Made by a program: the position numbers and the translations under genes. The notes below the pieces were generated by a model, which saw only the letters and a program-made list of their open reading frames with translations, was not told where the DNA came from and ran no database searches. From positions 46,564,001 through 46,628,000 of the forward strand of contig NC_087437.1 in the NCBI RefSeq assembly GCF_036321535.1: a stretch of DNA of 64,000 nucleotides, given 5' to 3'. Positions 13,130-25,833 of this stretch are shown one piece after another. The stretch comes from Camelus dromedarius (taxonomy: Eukaryota). The stretch's first letter is position 1. Every line of letters begins with the position of its first letter.

Positions 13130-13330
13130 TAAAGATTTCTTTGCTGTGAGGGTTGATTAATTATAGCTGTCATTCTTTAGTGCATGGCTTATCTTACATA
13201 CAATTAATTATTCCATAAATCAAATAAGCAAGTTGTTGGCAAATGACATCTGCAGTCTTTGAGCTGACAGCAAAATATATTGTGTACCATAAATATTGCA
13301 GGCCCACTTTTATTTTCTAGATATTCTGGT
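13130..13330. promoter_or_regulatory. Candidate PBX-HOX/MEIS enhancer
   Basis: TGATTAAT 13154-13161, CTGTCA 13167-13172, CCATAAATCA 13213-13222, TGACAG 13265-13270 and CCATAAA 13287-13293 in non-repetitive DNA. Confidence 0.45.
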
Positions 13331-14310
13331 GCTGGTACCCAGGAACAGATTGTTATTGTGGAAAAACGCTTGTGCCTGCAGGGGATAGCAGAACATGCCC
13401 AGCCCTCTCAGCAGTGCAGGGGGAGCTCTGTAAGTTCTGACCTCAGGCCACCAGGCTCATCTGACAAGTTGAAACAGAAGTGGAATCCTTGAGACTTCAT
13501 TGAAACAATTTTGTCAGGATCAGCTAACACTTTGTTCTGAGAACTCCAGTCTCTGAATCCTACTGTACAGCTCTTTTGTGACCCAGCTTCCTTTTTCTGC
13601 TAATGGCACCTGGAAAAGTGCCTGGCACATAGTAGGTACCAACAAATGTCTACCTCAGGCTCCAGTCAAAAGCCATTTATCTTCTGCTTCCTCAACGCTG
13701 TTGACTGATGCCTTCACTTGACCTCCAGGGTACTGAACCGTGTACAGACTCTGCTGTGTCCATCTGCGTTGAGACTTAGGAGGGTCCTGGCTGTCTCCTA
13801 GGCATCCAGTTGGCTCACAGATTACAGTTTTACAAATGTTCCTGACTTTCTAACTTTCTCTACCCTCCCCTGGAAGCTCTTGACCCAGGGTGAAGCTTTG
13901 GGGAGCAGTTGTGATTGGTTGAGGCTGATGGAATACAGTCACCCTAGGAAGCTTGATTTCGTGTTTCTTAACATCACTCACAAAACTTTCCACTTCTCAA
14001 CAAAGCCAGAACTTCTTAATAGAGAAATTTGTGATGTAATCTATTCTTGACCTAAAGAGTCATAGATAGTTTTCAGTTATTTAATTTGGTAACTTATTCA
14101 TGTATTGGTAAATTATAAAATATAGTCTTTTACCATTCTACTATCCTTTGGCCCTTTTCTGCTTTACACGTTAGCATGCCAGTTAAAATGGAAATGTTAA
14201 TATATTTGAAACTTTCAGTGCTTCTTTAAAAACTATGAACTGCTCTGAATGGCCAGACATAACATCATAAAAAGGTCATACCATTACAGTCTATCATGAC
14301 CTCATGACTT

Positions 14311-14457
14311 GTATTTCATTGAATCTAATATGCACATTTTTTTACACGTTACTATCTCTAAAATAGGCTGCATCTTATAAGTGAAGGCATCTTAGTAATT
14401 GGATAGTACTTTTTCTTAGGAAAGTGGTATATCATGCATCTTTAGAATCAGTGAAAA
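14311..14457. mobile_element. MER104/Kanga-like TcMar-Tc2 MITE
   Basis: GTATTTCATTGAATCTAATATGCACATTTTTTT...GCATCTTTAGAATCAGTGAAA; the two ends form an imperfect inverted repeat. Confidence 0.6.
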
Positions 14458-14510
14458 GTGATTTAAAGCTAATCGTAGCTAAAATATTGAATTCACATTT
14501 GGTGGATGTT

Positions 14511-15072
14511 GTATAGTGTCTGGTTCAGTCTCACCCACCCTAGCTTTGCTGTGTTTCTCTGTCCTGCATAAGCTGCAATGCTTAAAAACTTCCAGTCTTC
14601 AACGTAGCTAGAATTCTGGCTGAAAATTGGGTTTTGCTAGACAGATGAGCACACAAAGCTTGAGAGGTGAAAATGAGACAAAGGGTGTCTTCCTGTTCCC
14701 TTTGGGTGTGTGTTTCTGGCAAGTAGGGTCTTGAAGACAACATGCTCCTTTGCAAGAACATTCGGATGGCTTTTTCTCAGCTTCCTGGGACCCAAAGGCA
14801 GCTGTAGAAGCAGCAGCAGTAGCTTCAGTTCTTCCTAATTCCAGCTTCCAACTGTTCAGCAGTGTGCCCTCCAGCTCAGTAGTTCTAGTGGTGTGATCAC
14901 AGTCCCTGCTAGGTAAGTTTTGTGTTGTTCTGAGAGCAATTTCTGGAGTCCTAGCCTGTAATTCACTGTTCTACTGCTTCCAACAATTTTATATAAACAC
15001 CTAATTCCCTGTATTGGGTAACTTCTTAAAATACCTGGAGTATTTTGGTTTCCTCTACTGGGTTGATTGACA
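14511..15072 (+). mobile_element. Solo LTR, LTR33-family (ERVL)
   Basis: 3' end CCAACAATTTTATATAAACACCTAATTCCCTGTATT...AAAATACCTGGAGT...GATTGACA resembles LTR33A; about 560 bp. Confidence 0.65.
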
Positions 15073-16200
15073 ATTACACCAGATTATTAAATGCACTCTA
15101 AAATAAACAGAGATATCAAAGAAACAAGGGCCTTTACCTGTTGCCTTTAGATCAATCCTAGCTATGTTTTAGACCTGCTTTGTAAGCATTGGGGTTTGTC
15201 ATTATGGTTAAAATAAACAATGTAGTGCAAATGATTTCCTTTAGAGAAACCTCAGCACTTATATTTTCATAACCTCATTATATAACTTAGAAGAAACATT
15301 ATTGTTTCAATAACATTCTCAATTTCTTCATTTAAGGCTGAGGAGCATAAGCAAACAAGTAGGTAGACATATAAATAGATCATCGTTAAATTATGAAAAA
15401 AAAGAACCATGTAATCACATTTACCTCATTTGTCACTCAAAGAAATAGAGTTTAAAGAAAAAAAAAATCACCTTACTATATAAGGTATCAACATGAACCA
15501 TCAGCCTTATCTTAAATAAGTCATTTCATTTTGTTCTGACTCAGATTTTTTTCTATAAAATATGGAGAATAAGACTTGTCACTTGCCTGGGTTTCAAGGA
15601 TATTGTCAAGAAGAAGAATATTAGATAATGTCTTTGCGTCTATTTGGGAAAAAAAGCGTGTGTTGGGTATTATTAAACTTGGATTGTGTACTCTTGGTAT
15701 TATTCTTATTGCTAAGTCTTCATAAAGTGTCATCACAATTTGAAATTAAACATATATAGGAGATTGAGCTTATTAAATAGGCACATCTCTTTCAAAATTG
15801 TAGTTTCAATCTCCACGGTAAAGAGCTCTGACCATAGACACGATAATGAAATACATCCCAAGGTTAAACCAGGACTTCTCTGAAAGCCATTAAGGATCAG
15901 TTCAAAGCTAAAAATAATTTACTAATAAATATTCCTCACTTAAGTTCCCTCCTCAGGAATGATTAAAAGGTACATCTTGGAGACCAATAATCTTTAGGTT
16001 AACTGTCACATTTTCATCTAAGATATTTTTTCCCTTTTTCAGTTCTCAGTTCTGTGATACTTAAACCACATAATCTGCTTAGTGAAACTTTCCTTTAGGA
16101 AAATGTATCAGTAATGCTGAACAAAGGGAGAAAAGTCAGCCACATGTCTTTTTCTTAAAATTATATATTTTTTCTATTAAGGCTATTACAAAATCAAACT

Positions 16201-16215
16201 GGTGCCCCCTGTTGA
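16201..16215 (-). promoter_or_regulatory. Possible CTCF motif
   Basis: Reverse complement TCAACAGGGGGCACC matches 13/15 positions of CCASYAGRKGGCRSY; motif only. Confidence 0.25.
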
Positions 16216-17309
16216 TATCTCCTGTGTGATTTTTCATTGGTTCATAGGGCTAGATATCAAAGGAGTCCATTTAAGTATAAGGAGAAAAGTAATTTAAACT
16301 TTAGTGTTTGACTATTTTCCTATTTCCAATGTGAGAACAAATGTATTTTTTTCAACCTGCAGTTATAGAAGAGACGTATATTACTTGAGTTATTATATCT
16401 ATTTTTAAGGACAATAATAGAAATTCCAAAAAGGTTTCATTTCTTTAGCTAATGCTTGCAAAGGAACAGAAATCAAAACAGTATGAAACAATTACAATGA
16501 CTGTTTCAATGACATTAGTAAGTTCAAGGATTGGACTTGCCCTTAATGTTTCTACAAATATATGCCCTTGACTCACTACGCAACCAGCATACATGAAAAT
16601 GCAGTAAAACAAATCTAGACACTGATAACACTATAGACATACGGATTTGAAAACATTTAACCACTTGATTATATTCTTCAGCTTTCATACAGTGGATCAC
16701 TAAATTGGTGAGAAAGAGAGCACTTTCTCCCCAAATTTGTGTCCATTAAACTTCAGCCTCTTAAGATGCTCCATTAAAAAAAAAAAAAAAGTGTGAGAGA
16801 AGGGATTCCACAGTCAAATAATTTAAATTACTTGAGGAAAACTACATACTATCTTTTTTCTTATATATTATCATTTATTAGCATGTTACTATTCTTTATT
16901 ATGCTATTTATTATTATTATTTATTAGTATAATAAATGTATATTATTATTTATTAGTATATTAAAGTCGTGAAATAGAGAAGCCTATTTAACTATGTTTA
17001 ACCAGTTTCCCCTAAATATTTTGTCATAAGATTTGAGGAACTAGTATAGATTATCAAAATCCATGGACTGTCTGCTTGCTAGATTAAGGCTGTTGCCTGA
17101 TTCCCCCCAGAGCAGCCAAGCTCTGGTCCTGGCAGTGAGATGTTGTATTTTTTGTTTTTCTTTTATTTTGTTTTTAATTGAGTGGCTAACTGATATTTTA
17201 AATTGTTTTTGGGTTTCTCTTCCCCATGGGTTTTAGTTCATCAGGAAGAAAGGATTCTAATCATAAGAAGGTGTTGGATCAGGGAACTTAACTGGAAAGG
17301 TCTACCCTT

Positions 17310-17480
17310 GAGAATCAAACCCCTGTAAATACTTTGTATTTATTACAATCTTGTCTGTGATTTGGGACTTGATGCTTAACTCCTTTGAGTTTCTTTTCTT
17401 CAATTTGTATTTGGAAAAACCCTATCCTCTCTCCCTCACAGGTGCTCTCGGATTAAATGAGGTAATAAATGTTAAATTTC
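17310..17480 (+). mobile_element. MIR SINE relic
   Basis: CTGTGATTTGGG...CTTAACTCCTTTGAGTTTC...CGGATTAAATGAGGTAATAAATGT. Confidence 0.6.
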
Positions 17481-19349
17481 TTTAATAGTAAAAAAAAAAA
17501 ATTAATACAAATCTTCATAGCACAGATTGCATTCTTTCTGTTGGGACTGCAGTGATGGTAGTGAACAAGCCTGCGTCCTGTGGGAAGTGACAGTAATCGT
17601 TTTGCAGGAAAGTATTCCCCAGGGTGCCTATGATAGACGGAGCTGTTAAAGGTATGTTCACATCGTCCCAGGTGTGAATATAAAACCTTTCACTTTGCCT
17701 TTTTAAAATAGACAATATTAATATGTTGCATTGCTCTTGATGGCTTTAGGTATGTACAGCGATTTCCTAAAATTCAATATAGTCGCTCTCCTGGTTCTCA
17801 TGGTTGAGTGATTTGCTGTTCAGTGATTCCATTTCACTTCTTTGGTAGTGGTGTCTCTGATATTCGTTTAGGGTTTTTTCCCTCCCACTCAGTCTGTCCT
17901 TCTCATTGAGGTCTTCAATATCTGTGAAGTGGTAAGGAAACACCTGGATTTGGTGTCAGAAAGACAGGATTCAAGGCTTCTTTCTGTGGCATGCCCAGGT
18001 TCACACACTTTGATAGAAAATAGAGAAAGATCACAATGAATTTCAAAGTGCTATCAATATTTAAAGTTTTTTTCTGTCTTCAATAATATATGCAAAATCC
18101 CACCTACATTAACAACTTCTGAGTAGAAATCGGATAGTTTGGAATGTTCACGATATTTAGAACCCAATCTTAAACTACAGTACATATTCCAAAATAGTGT
18201 GCATAGTAGACTAGATATAACCTATTGAAACTTTAAAAAACAAATAGAAATGTGATGGGACTGCTACATAGTTACACACAGTAAAAAGAAAGTAAACTAA
18301 TTGCCCCTCATGTTTGTTTGGTGAATATTCTCTCTGTGCTGGACTAGTCTAGGTCTTGAGGATATAAAGAAATATAAGACTTGCACTTGTATTTTGAAAA
18401 AGTAGATCTTTGCCAAGCCTGGAAGGAGAAAGGAGTAGAGAATTCCAGACATGGATAAAGGTGTAGAGGTGGGAATACATACGTACCACTGAGAGCCTGT
18501 AAGTTTAGGTACTTCTTTTTCCTTTTAGGAATTATTAGGAAAAGATGGCTTATAATTATTTTATTTATTTAGGGAGAGAGAATTATTTTTCTGAGCTTTA
18601 TAAAAACAATAAAGGGTTCATGGACTATGGATAAACATGGTTCAGAAGCAGAAGATTTTTAACCACCTGCTCCTTACTTCATTTGACAACATTAAGGAGC
18701 AGCATTTCTGATGTCTCCATAGAAACTGGAGCAGTGGGCAAGGGAACTATAATTAGGGAGGAGTCATGCACTGGGATTGAACCAAGGTTTTATATTAAGA
18801 GCAGCGTTCTGTTTCATCCTGATTAGTGCAATGTACTCGTCCCACGAACACGTACTGAACATCTTCTGAAAACAAGGCTCCTTTTGCCTTCACTAAGATC
18901 TCAACATATCAAAGAAAAATCCCAATACTGGCTGTACTAACACTCATGTGAAATGACATCAAGGAAGGACCAAAACAGAACTCTTGGTTAAGAAGGCATA
19001 GGTCCCCATAATTCCTTGCATGCTAAAGCTGGAAGGTTCCTTCTAGATTATCTCCTCCAGTGGCCTCACTCTAAAGACAAGAGAGCCAAGCCAGGGAAGG
19101 GAGGTCACTTCTGGAAGCTAATACAAGTTGCAAAATCAGTAACAGACTCATTTCACTAGACTTCAAGTCCAATTGCATTTTTTTTTTTTAGTACAACATG
19201 TCCACTGAATAACAACCAGACAAAAACCAAACTGCTTAATTTATTTAAATTCAAGGTATCTTCAGAACTTCCTGTGTGCTGGGGGTAGGGGTTGGGGCGG
19301 GTGGAGGCACCGGCAAAGCAGTGGGAGACAGTGGAGATTTGCTGTTCCT

Positions 19350-19560
19350 GTATGTACTGAACGCTATGCTCGGGGCTCCTGTTCCTGAACTCTAACTCCT
19401 TGTCACAACTGTGAGATCAGTGCTATTATCTCAATTTTCCAAATGAGGAACACGAGGCCCGGAGAAGCTAAGACACATACCCAGACACACACATTTTGAG
19501 TGATGGACTTGGGATCTGAACTTTTTTCTACCTCCAAATTCTTTGCTCTTTTCACTGTAC
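19350..19560 (-). mobile_element. MIR SINE relic
   Basis: TCACAACTGTGAGATCAGTGCTATTATCTCAATTTTCCAAATGAGGAACACGAGGCCCGGAGAAG. Confidence 0.75.
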
Positions 19561-22458
19561 CTTAATTATTGCCTGTTTTAAAGAATGTTGTGCATCTCTT
19601 CATAAATGAGTCCAATTTTTGCTTGCCACCTGGTTTTTATGACTGTCCAGATTGATTTTTCTTTTAAATTTACATTTCGCAACTGTGGGCTTTTTTCCTT
19701 TCCATTTATCTCTTGTCTCAGTCATGAGGTTGGAAAAAATGAGAAATATGCTGGCTTTGTTTGGACTGAGAACATTCCAAAATATTTGGCTGCACCTCAA
19801 AACCCTGTTAAAATAATATTATTTATAACTTTCTGCTTGGTCAATTTTATTTTAAGTCAGGCTGTTTCCCACAGGAGACTGTTCTTTCTCCTTGATGGTA
19901 AGTTTGCTGCTTGAAAGCCTTAATCACAAAACATTTTCCAAATACGACTCAGGTCCCTGCCTTCATGATGAAATGGAAACTTGTTAGACAAAAGGCTCAA
20001 CCACTGTGAAGCAGTAAACTGCAGGATCTCACCCTCTGGAACTGTGCGATGGAGTGTTGGTGGGGAGAATGCCATCTGTTTACATGTGAGCCATCGACCC
20101 CAGTGGCAAAGCATGATCTTTCTAGCCCACAATAGGTCACATTTCCGAGCTGGGTTTTAGTATCAAATGCTGTTTCCCAGAATGCCTTTGGAGGAACACA
20201 GTTAATTTCTTCTACATTTCTCCTCAGTAAGGCTATTATTGTTAGCAGATTTGTTTAGCTGCCTTAGCAGCTTGGGGCCTTTCATTGACTTTTGAGCAGA
20301 TGATTTGATTTTCAGGCAGAGATGAGGGGAGAGGCAGCTAGCAGAATCATTACAATGGAACCCCCATTGCAAATCGCAGGAAGGCAGACTTTTGACAGGG
20401 TGGACCTTACAGAGAAGGCCTGTCTTTGCCTTGATGTATAATTGAACGGTGTCTAAAATTGATGGCACAGCAATGTGAATCACAGAGGCCAGGGATTTGT
20501 TATTTAGAAACTTAAACAAATACGGCTTCTCTGAAAGGCCATTCCCTTTTAGACAGAAACGATGGTCAATGAAGTGGCAGTTGTCACAGTGAAATGACAA
20601 TGCTTCGCTCCCCGGGAGCAACTCACCTCAAGGGAATGTGGGCAGAGAGACTGAATAATTAACCCAAAAATGTGGTTAGTAACTGCTTACATTCCACAAC
20701 TTGCAGACTTCTGTCTTCATTTTAGCTTTTTGAGGATTCCTATCCCAGCAGTTGCTAGTAGCCACCATGTACATTGCTCCTTCTCCCTGTCTCCCTGGTA
20801 GTTAAATGCCTATTGATTTTCCCAGAACCCCAACCTCTCTCCATAATAGGAAGATTTGGTGGACATCATGTCAAATACAAAGGAAAGCCTCTGCCAGACT
20901 GAGCACTGGAACATGGTGTTTTAAGAGAAATGTGAAATATCGATGCAATTATAAATCAATGATAACCCCAGAGGAAGGAGAATCTCATTTGAGGGAAGAT
21001 CTTTAAGTTGTCTCTCTCTTTTTTTTTTCTCTTGTAAAGAAAAATTGGATCATGGAACCAAATTTATGAGATAAAAACTGTCAACAAAGTATTCCTAGCT
21101 GTTGCTAGGGCTGAGAAAAAGAAAGCCAAATCATGCATACAGTGTGACTATGTGAAATGACACATTTTAATGTATTAGTTAGGGGGTCAAAAATACCTCC
21201 CCTCTTTCACTTGTGTTTTTGGCTGTTGTCCAAAATTGTTATTGTTTTAATTATTTTGTTCATGCTTTTCTCTTATGTTCTTTTCCAAATTCCATATTTT
21301 GTCCTAATTTTGCCTCCTGTATCCTAGAGATATTTGTGGATTGCCAGAGTACCTTTTGGGGTCTTAAAAGCTCATGCTAGGTTGCTTAACATGACTGCTG
21401 TAATTCATGATACAGAACCAGATGAAGAACTGTGTTGTTTAATGGCGCTGCATTGCCTCCACTAAGGCACATGGCCAAGTTGAAGACTAAGTCAGAGAGC
21501 ACTAATGGGAGTAAAGTAGTAAGACATAAAAAGCTACACAGAGATTAGAAGAAAGTCCATTAAATTGGGTGGGGCTGCAGCAAGCAAATTTATCAGATAC
21601 CATAGCCTGGATCTGCCCTTCATCATGGCAGGGTTGCTTCTTTTGCTGGACATAGATAATGCTTGCCCATCTCTGAAGAAATTTGAACTTGCTGAGGGCT
21701 AATGGAGAAGCATGAGAGAAGAAAGGGGAGACATGGGAGAGAAATGGAAAGTGGATGGAGACTATTGGAAAGGGAAAAAAGTATCTTGGTTTTTGACACC
21801 ATTTTCAAAGAATCAGAGTTACAAAGATAAAATTTTGCAATTATCCACAATTACAATAAAAATTATGAGATTTGTTATCCAAGTAACATAAAGACAAGAA
21901 AGTATGAACATAAACATCACAGTTGTGACGGTAGTAAAAGCATCACTGCATCATCACCAGATGCTTTGTGCCAATGTTCTCAGAGTTTTTCTTATTTCTT
22001 TTTCTATGTCATTAAAAAAAAAAACTGGTGCATTTTAAAATAATTATGATTAACAATGATAACTTACATTTCAGTCTAGTTGATTTCATATACTTTTAAA
22101 TTCCTCTTATGTCTGCAACTACAGCTTACTTTGGATTTCTAGAAAGTTCAAAGGAAGGGAGAGTCCATGTATCGACCTGTCACCAACTCCCACAGCCCCA
22201 CCTTTACTACTGCACCTGCCCATTGTGAATCACTATATTTTGGTTTATACCTTGACGGAAAATGGGAGGTGGTATGTTTAGTTCTGGAAGCTTCTATGGA
22301 AATTTAGCCATCATGCACAAACTAAAAAGATATTCCCCAAATTGGGAGTTTGGTCATATGAAGGGTTACTTTTCATCTTCTTTTGCCTCCTGCTTAGTTA
22401 GGATTTTTATATATTATTTCCTTTTATAAAAATTATAATACAACTGTACTAGGAATGG

Positions 22459-22459
<1 letters not shown>

Positions 22460-22517
<58 letters not shown>
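22460..22517. repeat. Perfect (TA)29 microsatellite
   Basis: 58 bp of uninterrupted TA repeat. Confidence 0.98.
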
Positions 22518-22522
<5 letters not shown>

Positions 22523-25447
22523 CAGTCTTTTGGGGGAAAAGACAGCACCTGGTCGGATGTAATAGAGATCCCGAGGGATCTAACAAATAGAATATTTATA
22601 AAAATTATAATCTCTACTCTTCCTAAAAGCTATAGTTAATACAAGAATTAAACATTCTTAAATATTATGTAGTTACACTATTTTAGAAAAATTTGTTCTG
22701 AATTGTTCATAGAAATTACATAGTTATCTGAGTCAGGATGTTTCTGCAGAGTAAAGCAGATCCACAATCCTGAGTCCACACTAAAATTTGGAGTAAATAG
22801 ATCTATCCTTATGGTGGAGGCAAATGGAACATGAGGGTTGTTTTTATGTTTGTAATTTCAAATGGAAACGTCACTTAATGACACCAAGCTTTGCCAGAGG
22901 CCCACTTAACGGTGTTTACTTGGGTTGGGAAAGTAGTATAAGAGACCAATTTGCCTTGGAAGGCTGGGAAGAAATTAAAATAGAGAAGCTTTTGCCCTTC
23001 CAAAGGAAATTATCTGGTTTTGTCTAGATCTGGAATTTTTAGGTGATGATACTGTATTCTCTGAAGTGATTGAGTCAAGTAGGTCTAAATTCCCCATGGA
23101 AAATACATTAAGACGTATCCTAAATTATTTAGAAAGAGGCCCAATACTTCTACTACTAAGGACAGTTGCAGGAGGCCTTGTGCAGTCAGTACAGGATGCA
23201 GTAGTGAGATGTCCACCAAGAAGTTGGAAATAACATCACTTTCAATGAATTGACCTGGTGAAATCCACACATAATAGATTTGATTAGCACTCCCTCTGAG
23301 TAAACCAAGAGACACCTGATAATGTAGGACTGAAAAGTCTTGGTAACACCTAAACCTCTAATTAAAGAGACTTCTTAGAAAAGCAGAATTGGAATGTGGT
23401 TGTAATGTAGTAATCTTAAATTTAACCAATTTTATGATATACTTTTGTAAAAAGGCAGGATTAAAAGAAATGAGATAGTTATCCTGGAATAATTAAAAAG
23501 GAGTGTCAAGAAGTAACATTTGCCAGAGTGTCTCCAGTACTCCCTAGTGGAAAAGGAATATTCTTGCTAGTCCTGCAAATTCCCCAGATCATTTGGGAGG
23601 AAAATTCTAGAACATGGATAAACGCATCTGGCCTCTATAGTTTGATGACAAACATTAAGACCAGCTATCTCAAACAAGTTACTGATTTAGCTTCCCATAT
23701 GCATATTATCTTACAGGAGAATGTCTGATGAATTGATGTGAACTTTCTTATCTTTTTTTGGTAGATCCTTTTCTTTTTGTAGGTTGACAATTAACTTGCT
23801 GGCTCTTAATGATATGGTTAGTGGGAGTTGTTGGTTCCCCTGAGGCAGATCACTTCTAGGTGCAGTGACAACATTGAGTTTTAAAGTTCAAGTTCTGGTG
23901 ACCCCATGGAAATACCAACACTCTTTGGTCTACCCTAGGTGGCCAGGAGGCTTTCCTGATGTTAATACTATTTCATCTTTCCCTGAGCACCAAGTATTCT
24001 CAAGCTCAGTAAAGTGGTTCCCCAGTGAAGAGAAGAGAATAAAGACAGAGGTAGCATAAAACTATGGTTAAGAAAAACAAGAGGCTAAGGGAAAAGATAC
24101 TGTGAGATTAAAAAACATTGGATAAAATAAAAGGTGAAAGGATTTTTGTTATATTTTATATGCTTTATACTTTTAATATTATATTTTTTATATTTTTCAC
24201 GTTACATATAATGAAAATACATTGAAATAGGAATGTCAAAATTTAAATAAAATCAGAATGCTAAAATAAAAAGGAATGGAATATTGATGCTTGATTTTTT
24301 TTCCCAGTCCTTAATCATCCTAACCTTATATTTACACTGATATCTTTTGGGTGATTCAGATATAATCAATATTTACTGGGTACCTATCATGCACAGGTGC
24401 TGTGACAGGCTTTTTATACCCTACACTTCATAGAATTTGATTAAAACGACTGGTCAATTCAGTAAAACAGTGTTTAGAAGGACTATTGTCCTTTAATCTT
24501 GAGACTCTTTTAAATGACCTCAAAAAAATTAATTTAGTTCTTCTCTCCTAATACCCACAAAGTGGAATATCAATTAATTACTTATTTTATTTTTTGCAAT
24601 GGGAAAACAGTAAAAAGTCTGACTGGGTCCTTTGCTTTCCAGGGGAGTGACTGGTTGTGACACCTCAATGGGCACAGCCCCCGAAAGGGTTAAGTGCTCA
24701 CCAACAAGCCCAAGTCAGTATCTCCAGAGCCCCAAGCAGGGACAGTTTTGTCTCCTTTTCTAATAAAGAGATGACAATTTTCAATTACCCTTCTTCTCTA
24801 TCAAATATACCAAGTTAATGAGGTTTTGAAAATATCTCCTGTAAGTTTGGTTAGTGTCCTCTTTTCCTCTGTTCAGCGATTTGATCCCTCCTGGGGTACT
24901 GTTGTCCTTTGTTTCATAAGCAGGAAGTACACCTGTCCAGTCAGTTTGCCCAGAGGTCCGTCTTTGCTCCAGGCTTTATGGTTCTCTTTGAGTCAAGCTG
25001 GTTTCTTCCTCCCAGGTTACTACTTCTATTTAGATATATCCTACTTTAAGTACTGATTGCCTTCTTGGAAATTTTGTAAGTTTTATGTTTTCATTACTTT
25101 GTATTACAGAATCCTTTTAGGTAAAACTGTATTTATTGGGGAAAAAGACAAATAATAAGATATTATCAAATGACTAATTAAAATAATTTTCTTAATGAGT
25201 ATGCTTCAATTATGGCAATTTTAAAAACACAGGTTTAGAATCTGTAGATTGCCTTGGGCAGATGGTCATTTTAACAGCATTAATTTTTTCAACCCATAAA
25301 CAAGGTATATCTTTTCATCTGTTTATGTCATCTTCAGTTTCTTTCATCAATGTCTACTAGTTTTCTGAGTATAGGTCTTTTCTTACTTAGACTTATTACT
25401 CGGTATTTTACTAGCTTTGATGTGATTGCAACTGAGATTGTTTTCTT

Positions 25448-25504
25448 TTCTTTTTTTAATTAAAGTATAGTTAATTTACAATGTTGTGTGTCAATTTCTG
25501 ATAT
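25448..25504 (-). mobile_element. 57-bp, extremely 5'-truncated L1 3' tip nested in an older L1
   Basis: T-rich tail plus TAAAGTATAGTTAATTTACAATGTTGTG, flanked by a perfect 17-bp TSD ACTGAGATTGTTTTCTT (25431-25447 and 25505-25521). Confidence 0.85.
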
Positions 25505-25716
25505 ACTGAGATTGTTTTCTTAATTTCTCTTTCTGATGTTTCATTGTCAGTGTATAGAAATGCAACAAATTTCTATATATTAATTTTGTGTCCTGCAAAT
25601 TTACTGAATTAATTAATGAGCTCTGTTGGTTTTGGTAGCATGTTTAGGATTTTCTATGTGTAAGATCTGTCATCTGCAAACAGTTAACAGTTTTATTACT
25701 TCCTTTCCAATTTGAA

Positions 25717-25717
25717 T

Positions 25718-25760
<43 letters not shown>

Positions 25761-25776
25761 TTTTATTTAATTTAAT

Positions 25777-25831
<55 letters not shown>

Positions 25832-25833
25832 TT
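25717..25833. repeat. (TTTA)n microsatellite inside L1
   Basis: Long TTTA array with a short interruption. Confidence 0.95.

Noticed and set aside
17521..17651. Possible exon (CATAG acceptor, AAG|GTATGT donor) and the overlapping 66-aa minus ORF
   Set aside because: Weak pyrimidine tract, stops in the frames I translated, and no recognisable product.
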